Positions 46,420-62,784 of a stretch of DNA of 64,000 bases are shown in pieces. Within the stretch, counting starts at the first letter, position 1. Each line of letters opens with the position of its first letter. This DNA comes from the human T2T-CHM13v2.0 reference genome, Homo sapiens. The notes beneath the pieces are model-generated. The model was not told the origin of the DNA, ran no database searches, and worked only from the letters and a program-made list of their open reading frames with translations. The position numbers and the translations under genes are program-made. The stretch lies in NCBI RefSeq assembly GCF_009914755.1, contig NC_060927.1, one strand, 5' to 3'.

Positions 46420-48211
46420 GAGGTCATAGTTTTAAACCTTTAGATACCACTGACTTCTTCCTCAGTCTGCTGACTCCGCTCAAGTCAGTACAGGTAATAA
46501 ATCACACTGCTGTCTGTGTCTTTCTGTTCTACTTATTGGCATTGTTGCTATTAAGAAAACACAGAGGGAGAAAAGATGTAAGCTCCTTCTTCTGATGTCT
46601 TGAGGAGGTTAGCAGGGTACAGGGTAATCTCAGAAGGCTGTTATTTAGTATTTTTTCTCTTTCTCTTACCTTTGCCTAGAAGGGATGGACTTAGAGCGAG
46701 GAATAAAACGTGAAGTCACCAATCATTATTCTTTTGCATATACATACACACTGGTGTGTGTATGCGTACACACCCACACATGGTGAGCCAAGGCCTTTGG
46801 TAGGTGCTATGTAGGAAAACATAATCCTTGGGCTTGGAATTTTTTTTTTTTTTTTTAGAATGTGACCACATAGGAATATCTTTTTGTGAAGCAGCAGGCT
46901 TGCATGGTCAATTTAATGCAGGGTAAAATCAGTTCCTAAGTCTCAATGGAATAGGGAATATCTCAGTCTGGAGGCATGAGTCAAAAACTTCTTCCCCATA
47001 TTAGCTGCACTGATTTGAGTGTGCAGCTTTATCAAGGTAAGGTTTCTTTTGGAGCTTTGCAGCCCCTAACGTGTTGCGAGCTAGTGAGGATGAAATAGAC
47101 TTGTCTGTTTCTCTGCTCTTTTCAGGGCTGGAAATTACTTTTCCCTGAATTTTCCACTTTTGCTGTCCTGTCTCTCAGACACCAACTCCTTGCTTGACCT
47201 CATTCCCCATCTGTCTCCCTGGTCTATCACTATAACATAGAGACATGTTTTATATTTATAATCCTGCCTTTTATTTTTGATTTCCCATGAGCTCAGGAAT
47301 ATTGTTGAAATATAGCTACACGCATGATATGAAGGCAAAAGGGGCAAGGTACCGATCATCCCAACCTTAACTCATGATGTTCTTACCCTTTAACAGGAAG
47401 CTGAAGACATCTCAAAGACAGTTTATGCTCAATCTTCTTCCAGCCTATATCAGTGTATGAACTTGAAATGCTTCAGTAGTAGATGAGAGTTTTAGAATGC
47501 TCTGGTGATCCTAGCTTAGGAAAAGTGACCTTTTGATATTCAATGGATAAATCCATGCATTGGGGTGCTAACTCTGCCACCTGTCTTTTCTGTAGTTTTT
47601 ACTTTTCTAATCATATACTGCTTTTCTTTTTCTGATGTCCCTCTGTGGTGCTATCTGGGAGCCACAGAGTAGGATGACCTAAAATCAGAGAAAGAGGTTA
47701 ATTGAAATGAGGCTTGTCTGAGCCTAATGTAGCTAGCCTTTGGGAAGAGTGCTCTGAAATGGGGGTGTGGAGGGTAGAGGACCAATAAATGTTTTCATGC
47801 TTTGCTTTATACCAGGTCTCTCCTTGAAAAACTCTCCTGATCTCTATTGACATTAATTAAACTATGAGTAAATAAGCACGTCTGCATATTATTCTGTCCA
47901 GATTGTAAAGAGGATGTTTAATTGTAAAGAAGGAACAACAGAGGTATGTGTTGAATCTGGGGAACTGAGGGTCTGTTATCTTTATGAAATGTGGTGTTTT
48001 ACAACCTTCCTGGATACCGTCAGTTCATCTGCTGCCTCTCTTCTCGATGTTGGGCTGAAGAAACAGCAAGCTGCGCTCCTAAAGTAGACCTAGATGCTAG
48101 AAAATGTGCTCCTACTTTTCTTGTGATTCTACCTTTACCAGAAGAAAAAAGTAGATCTGGGATGCATCATCCTTCAGTTCTATTAACATGTTTATTTCAG
48201 TGTTATTTACA

Positions 48212-48258
48212 TGCAAAAATGACTCTTCACTGCAAAAATGACTCTTCACTGCAAAAAT
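48212..48258. repeat. Perfect 19-bp tandem repeat, ~2.5 copies
   Basis: TGCAAAAATGACTCTTCAC x2 + TGCAAAAAT. Confidence 0.95.
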
Positions 48259-48872
48259 AATATATTTAAGAAATACCTCAATATCCACAGTAAAATATGA
48301 GAGTATCTATTTACCACCTTGATTCCTTTCTCACTTACCTGTCTTTTGTAAACACCTCTTTGTATCAATTACCTCTGGGTTTATACTTCTTCTGAACCAC
48401 ACGTATGTCCTTGTCACCTGTCTTGCACATCGTATCATTGTCTATGGCTTTTCTCTGGGTTTTGATCTCCCTAAACTTATCTTATATGCTTTCTATATTT
48501 AGGGAGCCTTAAAGTTTCTGGCTCACTGAAAGTTTAGAATGCAGATTTTTTATCTAGCAATACTTAAACAACAGAGCAATGCTACAGATTTATATTGTTT
48601 TCCAGTAACTTTTATGTTGTTTTATGGGATTTTGAGTAGCCAGGATGGTGGTTGAAAATGTTTATTCTACATTTGATCTAATGTTTTTATATAAATTTGG
48701 AGACGTGGTTTAGACTGCTTAAGTAATTGAACTGCATGCCTCCTAGGATAGCATCTGTTAAAGGTATTTTGTAAAAGTTTTCTGACAAACGGTTATGAGT
48801 TAAGCCATGACTAGAATTGGGTCTTCTGAGCCTTGTTGTTTACTCTTTACATGACAGCATACTGATTCCAAG

Positions 48873-49200
<328 letters not shown>

Positions 49201-49649
49201 TGACTTTTCTGATTTGGATGCAGTGTTATTTGGGAGGCAGTTATTCAAAACATAAGATCATAGTTTAAGTAGCTATGCGAATTAGCATAGACTTGCAATA
49301 ACATAGCCTAAAAAAATCTGCCCAGGAGAAATTAGCCTCTAGAAAATAAGTTTCTTCATAGAAATTGATAATGCAGTTGGAAGCTTACATGTAACTCTTT
49401 GCTGTTTTTTTCTGACACTTTGAACACGAAGATAATGCTAATCATTCTGTCTTCTATTACTGAGTTGTTTGAACCTATAAACCTGACTTTGCACAAATAA
49501 AGCAAATGAGCCAAAGGCAAGATTTTGATGATACTCACAGCAGATTTATGCATTCAGTGAACTGCTGGAGGAAATCCATAAATTTGAAATTGTTTGGGGT
49601 TATCTGTAGACTTGAGCTAAACTCCAATAGCCTATGATTGATAAATGCT

Positions 49650-49930
49650 TTCATTCATTCAAAAAGTATTTATCGAGCGTCTACTATATGCCAGGACTTA
49701 GGTACATGGAATTCTAGAAATATAGCGGTCAACAAAATAGACGTGGTCCTCACAAGGCTTTCCACTTAATATATAGGAGATGGACTTTCAATTAACAATT
49801 ATAGTCAGACATTTTGTTATAATTTCATTAAGTGATGAGGTGAGAAAAGTATGTTATAAGAATTTAGTGTCTTCGTGCAATAGAGGAAAATTCAGTGTGG
49901 CTGGAGAGATAGGAGCTGGGCTGCATATTT
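49650..49930 (-). mobile_element. L2 3' fragment
   Basis: TTCATTCATTCAAAAAGTATTTATCGAGCGTCTACTATATGCCAGG. Confidence 0.8.
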
Positions 49931-50464
49931 TCCTAGGGTAGCATGCCATATGCCCCTTGCCAGCAGTGCCTAGAGGAATCTGTAGACCTGTTTGTGGTGA
50001 GGAAAATGTTATTATGGTATGTAGCTTTGAAGCTGAGTATACTCTTCCCTGCAAATTTTTTTCCTCCTATGCAGGAGGATCAATTTTCAAAGAACAATGG
50101 GTGACACCAGCACTATTTGTATTACCAAGCCTGGCTAAGTAGATAGGGTTGTGTATGCTGTTGATGCTTGAATTATATCTTCCAGGATTTCACTAAGCAG
50201 CATTTTCTTTATCCCAAGTGTTTTTTTAAATACAGAATTTTGCTCACAGTAACTTGGTAATCTATACCAGGTTTAATTTATTCTGTTTTGGCACTAATCA
50301 CAGGCTGAATTATTTACATGGGGATAATTTTAAAATCCGTGTTTTGCACCTTCCAGACAAAATTAGAATTATAGTATGTAAACTGCACGACGAAAGGAAA
50401 TCTCTTCCAAGATAGATCCTCCTGTGAGTTTAAATGTGGAAAGCAGATGCTATTTTTTGTCCTC

Positions 50465-51774
<1,310 letters not shown>

Positions 51775-52005
51775 TCTTTTTTTTTTTTTTAACCTAAGAA
51801 ATAATGGTTTATTGTAACTATTGACAACTCAACATGTTATAAACCTTAAGGTTAAAAAAAAATCAAAATCTGAAATGTCCAAACTGGGGAAATTATTCTA
51901 CTATTTTGTCTTCATGTTTTCCTTGATCTTGGATGATCCCTGGTGGAAGGGCTAATTTTGTGAATTTGTGTTTTGGGTGCTCTCTTGAGGCTGACAGGAA
52001 AAGCC

Positions 52006-52242
52006 CAGATCAGCAAACCTTTCCAGTAAAGAGCCAGATAGTAAATATTTTCCACTTTGCATCCCAGAATGTCCCTGTTGCAGCTACTCGACTCTGCACG
52101 TGTGGTGTGAAAACAGCCACAGACAATATGCAAATGAACAGGGCGGCTGTCTTCCACTATTTCCTCTTTTAAACGTGTAAACTCTGTTTCCAAAATTAGC
52201 TGGTGGCCTGAATTTGGTCTGTGGGCTGCAGTTTACCTGTCC
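52006..52242. mobile_element. MER58A hAT MITE
   Basis: CAGCAAACC...GTAAAGAGCCAGATAGTAAATATTTT...CAGCCACAGACAATATGCAAATGAA...TTTGGTCTGTGGGCTGCAGTTT. Confidence 0.88.
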
Positions 52243-52254
52243 TTATGTTAAAAG

Positions 52255-52450
52255 AACTGCCTGGGCAGACCTGAGTTCAAGTCTTGTCACCTGCTGACTT
52301 GGTGTTAGGCAAGTAATTTAACTTCCACCGGCTCCAACATTCTTCAGCCTAATGACGGGCATAATAACAGTATTAACATTGGTCCTTTATAATGTTTAGG
52401 GTTGAAATGATGTAGGTAAAGCTCTTAGCTCAATGTCTAGCATGCGGCTG
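52255..52450 (+). mobile_element. MIR SINE
   Basis: CAGACCTGAGTTCAAGTC...TTAGGCAAGTAATTTAAC...TAAAGCTCTTAGC. Confidence 0.7.
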
Positions 52451-53224
52451 TTAGCCATATTGGAGTGATTATATCATTTACTGTTAAAAGAGAACTCTTG
52501 GGGAGGAAAGTAAGTGATATCAGTCATTGATCATGCAGGGACAAGGGATAGGAATAGTGATCATCCAAAGTCTGTCTCAGAATGTGTGTCCACCCCAGCT
52601 ATTATTATTAGGATCATCTCTCTTACCTACTAATACCTCTAATTTCCTACAAATGTTCTGTCCTCCTGCTTCCTATGTCAGGACCCAGACTGGGCCTGCC
52701 TAGTGCTCTGAAATTACCCTTTATTCTTTCTTCTCTTTGATCTCAGGAAATGATCTGATTTGATGAGTCTAAGACCGTGTTAATTGATCTGGTTCAGCTT
52801 AGATACTTCATGTTTAAATGTGTTGAGTTTCCCTTTAAGAGTTGGCAGTTTGCAATTAAATGTGATGCTCTACATATGTTGAGATGTTACAATTTTTTTT
52901 TCTTTCCTTTCGCTTGTACTGAACTTCCTAGCTCTTCTGTTGAGATTCCTGATTTGCCATTTGCTTTGACCTCTGGTTACTGTGAGCCTTTTTGTCTTTA
53001 CCTTGCGTGCCTGATTACCTTGTTCTGCCTTAGCTCCTTCACCTAATTACTCTCGCTGGGAAGATTGTGTTTTTCCAGAAGATCTAGGCCTTTTGGCTGC
53101 AGTTAGTTATTCTTGTTATCTTGGTGTACAGAAGGGGAACAGAGAACCAGCACAGAGAGGAAGGTGAGGCTGTTGCAGTGTTTGTCAGTGTGGTCTTGAC
53201 CTTGTGAGAGAATGAGCTGAGTCC

Positions 53225-53352
53225 CCACTAGAATGCAGATTTCTGGGTAGCTCCCGGCACACTGACTTAGATTCCCTGGTGGCAATCCCTAGGAATCAGC
53301 ATCCATCAAACACTCTTGATGATTCTAATGTGCTCTAAAGTTTAAGAACTAC
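53225..53352. mobile_element. MER5-family MITE fragment
   Basis: AATGCAGATTTCTGGG...AGGAATCAGCAT...GATGATTCTAATGTGCTCTAAAGTTTAAGAACTAC. Confidence 0.7.
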
Positions 53353-53693
53353 AGAGTAAAGAATGTCTGAAAAGGGAGTATAAATTACAAGAAACAATTT
53401 GGCATTATATTTTGTAGAGAACTCTCCTTGAGATCAGAGATCTGTCTTCTGTGCCAGAAGCCACTGCTAAGGTTCTGACCTAAGTGGATTTTCAAGACAT
53501 TTTCTGATTGCTTTCACTTTTCTCTTTCCTTGAATATCTGTTGCAAACAGAAGTGCAAATGGGTCATCTTACTGGACAGGGAGGAAGTATTTTGAGGTGG
53601 GTTTTTCTGGAGGGTTTGAAGGGTGGGAGAAAAGATGGCTGGGGCCTTGTTTAAAAATATTCTTCAAAGTTGGGGTAATTGAGGGTGATGGGA

Positions 53694-53743
53694 AGTCAAG
53701 GGGAGAGAAGTGAGGTGTAGTCAAGGGGAGAGAAGTGAGGTGT
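53694..53743. repeat. Perfect 25-bp tandem duplication
   Basis: AGTCAAGGGGAGAGAAGTGAGGTGT x2. Confidence 0.95.
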
Positions 53744-54089
53744 GGGGAAAATTAAGAGGGAAAGGGAGGGAGGAGTTTATGGAGGGTTGTAGATGTCCTT
53801 TAGCCTATAAACAGCACATGCTGTAAGGAATTGAAGAACAAGATTGTATCATCCTAAGGAGAATTTCTCTAGTAGGACTCAGAAGGAGAACAAGGAATTA
53901 TTGAGGCTTTATTTAAAGCATACATTGGTTTAGTAATCCCTACTTGCCCAGATTTTCTTTCCATGTGTTTATGGAAAGACAGTTATTTTGAGGGAGGAAT
54001 TTCAAATGCCTTTAGTGGTGTGAATAGCAGAGATTTCCAAAGATCCTAGTTTTCAATTTGAACAGCGTCTGTGTTCATGTTTAAGGGTA

Positions 54090-55110
54090 TTTCTTTATCA
54101 CACATGTCATGAGCGCCTACTTGCTGTGTACCAAGCTAGGCACCACTGGGGAGACACAAAAGCATAACCTTGCATTTTCAAGAAGGTTTTATTCTTGGAG
54201 GGCAACCAAGAAATGCACGCACAAACAGTGAAGTGCTGGTAGAGGCTCTGTGATTGTTAAATGTCTTGTCCTTTCCATGAGCAACTCAAAGGGGATGGCT
54301 TCTGAAGTGAGATGTCTTGGGAGAGGCCTCAGTGGATAAGTATGACAAAGTAGGGAAAAGGATCTGAGCTTTGTGTATGGGCATGTTGTCAACCAGTGAA
54401 AATGGAGTAAAAATATGCATGGTGGTCTGAGGAAGGGCAAGTTGTCCCGTCTCTTGGCACTGTGGGTTGTTTCTGGAGTGCAGTGGGAGATTACATGAAA
54501 CATGAGCTTGGGATAGATTATAAAAAGGGCCTCAAAAGCCAAAACTCTATGTTCTGTGGAAGGTCATACTATATAAGTTTTTTTTTTTTTTTTTTTTTTG
54601 CTGACAGGGTCTCCGTTGTGCAGGGTAGAGTGCAGTGGCACAATCATGGCTCACTGCAGCCTTGACCTACCTGGGCCCAGGTGATCCTCCTGCCTCAGTC
54701 TCTTGAGTAGCTGGGACTAGAGGTACATACCACTATGCCCAGATAATTTCTTTCTTTCTTTCTTTTTTTTTTTTTTTAAGAGATGAGGTTTCACCATGTC
54801 ACTCAGGCTCATCTCTAACTACTGGGCTCAAGCAGTCCGCCTGCCTTGGCCTCCCAAAGTGCTGGAGTTACAGGCATGAGCCACTGCGTCAGACCATAGC
54901 TATAAGATTTTGAACAGAGGGATAATATGCTGAGAATTGTATTTTAGAAACACTTATTGGTTATATTTTACCGGGAGGACTGAAGTTGGGACTTGTTAGA
55001 GGGAGTGAGACAGGTTAAGAAGGTCTTTTGATAATGTGAGCACGGTAGGAGCCAGACAAAGGTGAAGACAGTGGTAATGTAGAGAGGAGGGATGGGTGAA
55101 AAGATGTCGC
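54090..55110 (-). mobile_element. L2 fragment interrupted by an Alu
   Basis: GAGCGCCTAC...GGCTTCTGAAGTGAGATG...GATTTTGAACAGAGG...TGTATTTTAGAAA. Confidence 0.65.
54578..54895 (-). mobile_element. AluJ SINE
   Basis: CATGGCTCACTGCAGCCTTGACC, GGGCTCAAGCAGTCC (AluJ-type motifs); (TTTC)n middle linker. Confidence 0.95.
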
Positions 55111-55129
55111 AGAAGAATAGCCCACATCC

Positions 55130-55285
55130 TGGGCACTGTGTGGACGGCTTTGCATAGTCTCCCTTATTTCCTCAATGACTCTACGAGGGAGTATTTTTAT
55201 CCCTGTCTATAAGATGAGTAAACTGAGGCACAGAAAAGTTAACTTACATATCCAAAGACACACAACTAGTAAGTGACAGGTATAG
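55130..55285 (-). mobile_element. MIR SINE
   Basis: AGATGAGTAAACTGAGGCACAGAAAAGTTAA...CACACAACTAGTAAGTG. Confidence 0.85.
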
Positions 55286-55287
55286 TG

Positions 55288-55437
55288 CTGTGCTGTCCAG
55301 TGTGGTAGCCACTAGCTATGTGAGGCTATATAAATTAGAATTAATTAAAATGAAATATTTAAAAATTAGATCCTGAGATATCTGTCACATTTCATGTGTT
55401 CCATAGCCACATGTGGCTATCATGTTAGATAGCGTAG
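55288..55437. mobile_element. MER3 hAT MITE
   Basis: CTGTGCTGTCCAGTGTGGTAGCCACTAGC...TAGCCACATGTGGCTA...TTAGATAGCGTAG terminal inverted repeats. Confidence 0.85.
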
Positions 55438-55479
55438 AACATAGATTTTTGAACCTACACCTTCTAATTCTTGAGTCTA

Positions 55480-55807
55480 TTTTTTTTTTTTTTTTTTTTT
55501 TGAGACGGAGTCACTGCATTCCAGTCTGTTGCCAGGCTGGAGGGCAGTGCAGTGGCACCATTTCAGCTCACTGCAAACTCCCCCTCCTGGGTTCAAAGCG
55601 ATTCCCCTGCCTCAGCCTCCTGAGTAGCTGGGACTGCAGGCACACACCACCACACCCCGCTAATTTTTTTTTTTTTTTTTTTGTATTTTAGTAGAGACAG
55701 GGTTTCACCATGTTGGCCAGGATGGTGTTGATCTCCTGACCTTGTGATCTGCCTGCCTTGGCCTCCCAAACTGCTAGGATTACAGGAGTAAGCCACCGTG
55801 CCTGGCC
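55480..55807 (-). mobile_element. Alu SINE (AluSc-like)
   Basis: GGCCAGGATGG...GATCTCCTGACCTTGTGATC; full dimer. Confidence 0.95.
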
Positions 55808-56796
55808 GAGTGTACGTTCTTAGTTCACTCCACCACTGATGCTAACACAAAACCTCCCTGGTTTCTCACTAGATAGCTAGGCCAAAGAAGAGAGTCAGGG
55901 AGGACTGATATAGTATTTTAATGTTTTCTTTATCAATATTATTAATGAAACTTACTAAAAGTCCCTGTTGTAAGTTCATTTCAGTGAATTAGGTTCATTT
56001 AAATTACATTGGGGGAAAACAAGCTAATATTAATTCAGAACAATATACCTCTACAATGATAACAATATCATGTTAGTCTTCTAGGAGGTACAGATTGCAA
56101 TCTGTTTACAGTTGAGGCCTCAGTTCTAATTTGAAGATTCCATTTGGCACATTTTCAGTTTGGTAAGATAGCGTAATCACAGTCATAAGTCTTGTTCTCT
56201 CTCAGGTTTCTCTCTAAGAGGCTCTTCAGTTCTACACTTCAAATGGGCTACAAAAGCATACTGAAAAGATGGATGTCTTCCTTGTCTGAGCACAATATGA
56301 CTAAAGCAAGGACGCCAATGATATTGCTATCTGGGATAATATTAAACTGCAGAGACATTTATTTCCTTATTTCAAATGAAAGTGGAGAATCTCACCGCTA
56401 TTAGGGGCAACTGGCATATAATTCTTTAGCTGTTAGAAGAGTGATCTTACATTTCCTGTAACCATCAGCATTCAGCCAAAATGCTTTACCATCTCATAAC
56501 ATTAGGTCTTACGGAGGCTGGACCTTCCTTTAAGAGGGTGGCTGGAGGGCCTTATCAGAATGCTCAATTAGTGAGTTGTTTTGCTAGGTGATTTTGTGCC
56601 ATCTCCTCTGGTTTTCATGTGCAAGGATACTAAACCTGTGATAATATTGTGAGACCCTTCAATAGTGCTTTCCCCTAAATTCTGCGAGGCAATAATGCAG
56701 AATATCGGACTTCATAGGTCTGTACTATGCAAGACTGGCTTCTCTATTCCTGTTGTTACCCTTCAGTGATCTGAGTATGCTTTTTCAGGCATGTGA

Positions 56797-58200
<1,404 letters not shown>

Positions 58201-58861
58201 TAGGTAGTAGTTATAAGGCCAATTAAGGGGTGCAAAGGGGAGAATGCTGGCTCCCTATTCTTAGGAAGCTTCTAAAAACATCCTGAAAAGAAACCTTTAT
58301 CTTTTTTCCCCCTCAGGTTCAGATTATAGCCAAGTTTAAATGTCACATTGTAGTATAACTTGGGTTGGGTCCTGGATTATTGTTTGATATTTATCAAGCA
58401 TTCACTTGTTGGAGAAAGTGAATTGTGCACATGTAAAACTGACTGTTCTTTTCCTTCTGGGTTTGTTTCTGAGTTAGTCCACTTCCTTCAAATCGTTCCT
58501 AAACACAGATTTATTCATGCTTCTTTTTCATACTGGAAGGAGGGTCCCAGACTCAGGATGAAGATGGTATGGGGATTTCCCATTTTGTTCAGTGCCTAAA
58601 ACTAGAGTTTTATTAGGAAGCCATTGGTCACAAATCTTGCAGTGGGTCCTGTGGTATTTTTTTTCCCCTGTCGTTGTTAAATTGACCTACATGAACACTT
58701 GTAGTTTTTCATCATGAAAAATTTTAACCATTTTTAGTTGATTTTTGTACTTGACATTGTTAAAGAACAAAATGCCTCATTTGACCCTAAACAATTTGTT
58801 TTGTTTTTGATAGCTTGTGAATCCAGGTGCAGAATTACATTCTTTCTTGGTTGCTGATTAA

Positions 58862-59205
<344 letters not shown>

Positions 59206-59221
59206 TAGGATCCTTTTTGGA

Positions 59222-59513
59222 TTGTGGATTTAGGTGCATAATTATGTTCTTTCTTGGTTGCTGATTAAAAAGGCAGATCTGGAAGACAGTCTTCTGTTCT
59301 GAGTAGTACTAGGTACGTAGAATACTTTTTTGAGACAGGGTCTCACACTTGTCACCCAGGCTGGAGTGCAGTGGTGCTATCACAGCTCACTTCAACCTCC
59401 GCCCCCCCAGGTTCAAGCAATTCTCCTGCCTCAGCCTCCTGAGTAGCCGGGATTACAGGCACCCATCACCATGCCTGGCGAAGTTTCTGTGTATTTTTTA
59501 GTAGAAATGGGGT
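59222..59513. repeat. Tandem duplicate of 58815-59100 (unique flank plus partial Alu at 59326-59513)
   Basis: TCTTTCTTGGTTGCTGATTAAAAAGGCAGA.CTGGAAGACAGTCTTCTGTTCTGAGTAGTACTAGGTA repeated at ~407-bp offset. Confidence 0.95.
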
Positions 59514-59800
59514 AGATGGATGATTCTTATTTTTTAACTTGCCACTCTGTTTTCTTTTTTTTTTTTAAGTGGGATGTTTAGAACATGTACATTCAAGGTT
59601 AATATTGATAGGTGAGGTTTTGATTCTATCGTGAAGTTGTTAGCTGATTGCTTTGTAGTTTCTTTTGTGTGGTTGCTTTATAGGGTCTGTGGAACATGTA
59701 CTTAAGTGTGTTTTGTGGTAGCAGGTATCACTCTTTCATTTCCATGTTTAAAACTTCCTTGAGGACCTCTTGTAAGGCTAGTCTAGCGGTAAAGAGTTTC
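59513..59800 (-). mobile_element. Internal L1 fragment (ORF1 end/ORF2 start, older L1P type)
   Basis: ACATTCAAGGTTAATATTGAT...TGTGGTAGCAGGTA...TTCCATGTTTA...CTCTTGTAAGGC aligns with ~36990-37240 of the L1 in this window. Confidence 0.8.
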
Positions 59801-59971
59801 ATTTATTACACATTGAAATCTACTAAATTAGCTACTTCTCTTTTCTTTTGACATCCATTGTCTAATCACCAACCTTCTAAATACCTAGAGACCAGCAGGG
59901 GTAACATTAGTAAAATTACTCTATCTCTGTTTCTTTATCTGAAAAATGAGATGAAAATAGTATTCTGATAG

Positions 59972-60346
59972 TGTATTAGTCAGGTAGGGCTGCCATCAGA
60001 ATACCACAGACTGGGTGGCTTAAACAACAGAAGTTATTTTTCTCAGTTCGGGATCCTGATAGTCCAAGATTGAGGTACCAGCATGGTTGGTTTTGGGTGA
60101 AGCCTCTCTATTTGGTTGCAGATGGCTGCCTTTACTTACATCCTCACATAGCCTTTCCTCTGTGTGCATATATCATTGGTATCTCTTCCTTCTATTATGA
60201 GAACATCAGTGCCACCTCATTAGGGCCCCAGTCTTAGGACCTCATTTAACCTTAAACACCTTAAAGGCCCTATCTCCAAACATAGCCACATTGGGGGTGA
60301 GGGCTTGAACATGTGAATTTGGGGGTAGGTACAATTTAGTCCATAT
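59972..60346 (-). mobile_element. MLT1A0-like MaLR solo LTR inside a MIR
   Basis: TGTATTAGTC...ATACCACAGACTGGGTGGCTTAAACAACAGAA...GGCCCTATCTCCAAA...ACAATTTAGTCCATA. Confidence 0.92.
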
Positions 60347-60549
60347 GTGTGTTTTGGGGATTAAACGAGATAATTATGTGAGGTGCTCAGCTCTGTGTCT
60401 AACACATAGTACTCTCTCAATAAATAATACAACCTAATTAATTGAATGCCTGTTATATGCCAGGCATGTTCTAGGTGCTGAAGAATACCACGGTAAACAA
60501 AACAGATCCAAATTTGTGCTGGAATGGAGTTCATATTGTGTAGTAATTA

Positions 60550-60845
<296 letters not shown>

Positions 60846-62784
60846 TGTAATTGTTTACTATTAGCAAAAATAGTAAATAACAACTAAGGAAACCTTATTC
60901 TATGGTTGCCTAAAAAATTTTATTGGGGTCTGGTTGGTAGAACATAGTCAGTATGCTGTTGCAGAAGGAGGTTCGGACTAAGGGATTTGGAGCCTCTTTT
61001 GGCTCTGGCTTTAATTATGGACCTTGACAATTTCTTAACCTCTTTGGGCCGTCTTTCTTGATCTACTCCCTTTGTGATAGGAGATTGGAGATGGATCTGG
61101 TCAGTGGCCATTCTTATTTTGCAGAAATCTGTAGAAGTTCATAGAGGATACACATTTAAGGCTATACCCAAGTTGGGCTTCATATTTCAGAATGCATTTA
61201 CAAAAAAATGTTATAAGAGTTCCTAAAGTATTTTTCTCATATGGAATAGCTTCAATTATTTCGATTTTTAAATCCATACTAGACATGGAAAAAATAAATC
61301 TCATCTGAAAGGCAGTTGTTCAGGGTGAGAAAAAGACTGAGGTTAATGCTTTGAATCTCCAAACACATTAACCTCATTTAATAATTCAGTGCTATGTTAT
61401 TGAATTGATTGTATGTTATGACTATAGTGGCAGAAAACCTTTCGAAAAGAGAGTTCACAGGAATACAAAAAGCATAAGATAGATATTTACAGGATGTCTA
61501 AATTTTTAAAACTTTGGCAGACATAGATTTCTCATGTATCATATAATTTCCTCTAAGTGAATTTTCATTTAAAGTGAGTTTCTGTTACATTTGGTTGATT
61601 GCCACCCCATCTCCTCATTCCATCCCAAGCCATCTGCATGGTCTTTTATAAATGACACGTGTCATTTTAATAAATGCCTTTTGTGTATTCTGTTTTAAAG
61701 GGAGCTATGAAGCCAAAAATCTGTAAGGGTTTATAATTATTTTAGACTATTTGAAAAATCTAGCAGGTTTATAGGCTAATTTAATAATTTCTATGCCCAA
61801 TTGTACATTTTCTGGATATATGTGTCAGTTTCTACTTTAGGTCTTTATTAGATCTGTCAGAATTCTCAGCGTCATGAGAATTATATCATACTTTAGCAGT
61901 ATGACTAGGGACAATAAGTGTCATGTTTCTCTTTTCTAGCTCTGTATCCTTTTCTGATTTAGCTTATTTTCTCAACTTTCAATCTGAATAAAATGGCAGA
62001 ATCCCCTAAATTCAAGTAACTAAAGATTCTTTGACTTCCAAATTGAGCACTGGCAACTTTCCTACTAGAGAGCATTTCCTCATTCCTGGTTTTGAAAAAT
62101 TAGTTCATTTCTTAAAAAAAAAATTAATGCCTTTATATACAGTTATTGAGCTACTATCATGTGCCAGATTCAAAATTCAGCTCGGGAGGGATCAGAAGTA
62201 GAACATAGTCCCTGCCGTGGAGAGGGCCATCCTAGATGATATGAGATGTAAACGTATAAGCCTCATATATTTTTCACAAGAGAGCAATGGAGTTGCCCAT
62301 AGGAAAGCTTCATCCATTTTTCCTGGGGAGGTTATGGGAAAGTCTCCCAGAAGAGCTGCTATTAGGATAAATGTGGGAAAAAATAGTAGAGATCCAGAGT
62401 TAAGTGCTAGTAGGCAAGGCCATTTGGTGCGTTTAAGCCCTTAGTCATTGCCCCACTGCCATGTACTTTCTGTGAGCAAGGTACCTGCTCAGGCCTCAGG
62501 AATAAATCAGACTTTGCCCCTATACAAGGAGCCCAGGCTTATTTTCAAGCTGGGGAATACATGTTGTCTGTAGGCAGCCAAAGGAAAAGGCCAGAGGAAT
62601 GGGCTGTTCTCAACTGTTACACCTCCTCCTCTGCGTTAGCTTTTTCAGGGAGAGTGTGGCTAAACACCGGAAGAAGGATTTGTACAGGTGTAGGGAAGGG
62701 AAGAAGAGTGCCTCTTTCCTCTCTGCCTTCCCACTGCTAGGGCTTTTGGTCCTGGGGATCCACAGTAGAGCTCGGGAAAGGATG

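Noticed and set aside
46735-46772. CATACACAC/GTGTGTATG hairpin
   Set aside because: Short low-complexity CA/TG sequence, expected by chance
58296-58320. Strong isolated splice acceptor CTTTTTTCCCCCTCAG
   Set aside because: No convincing matching donor or ORF nearby; isolated acceptors are common in T-rich DNA
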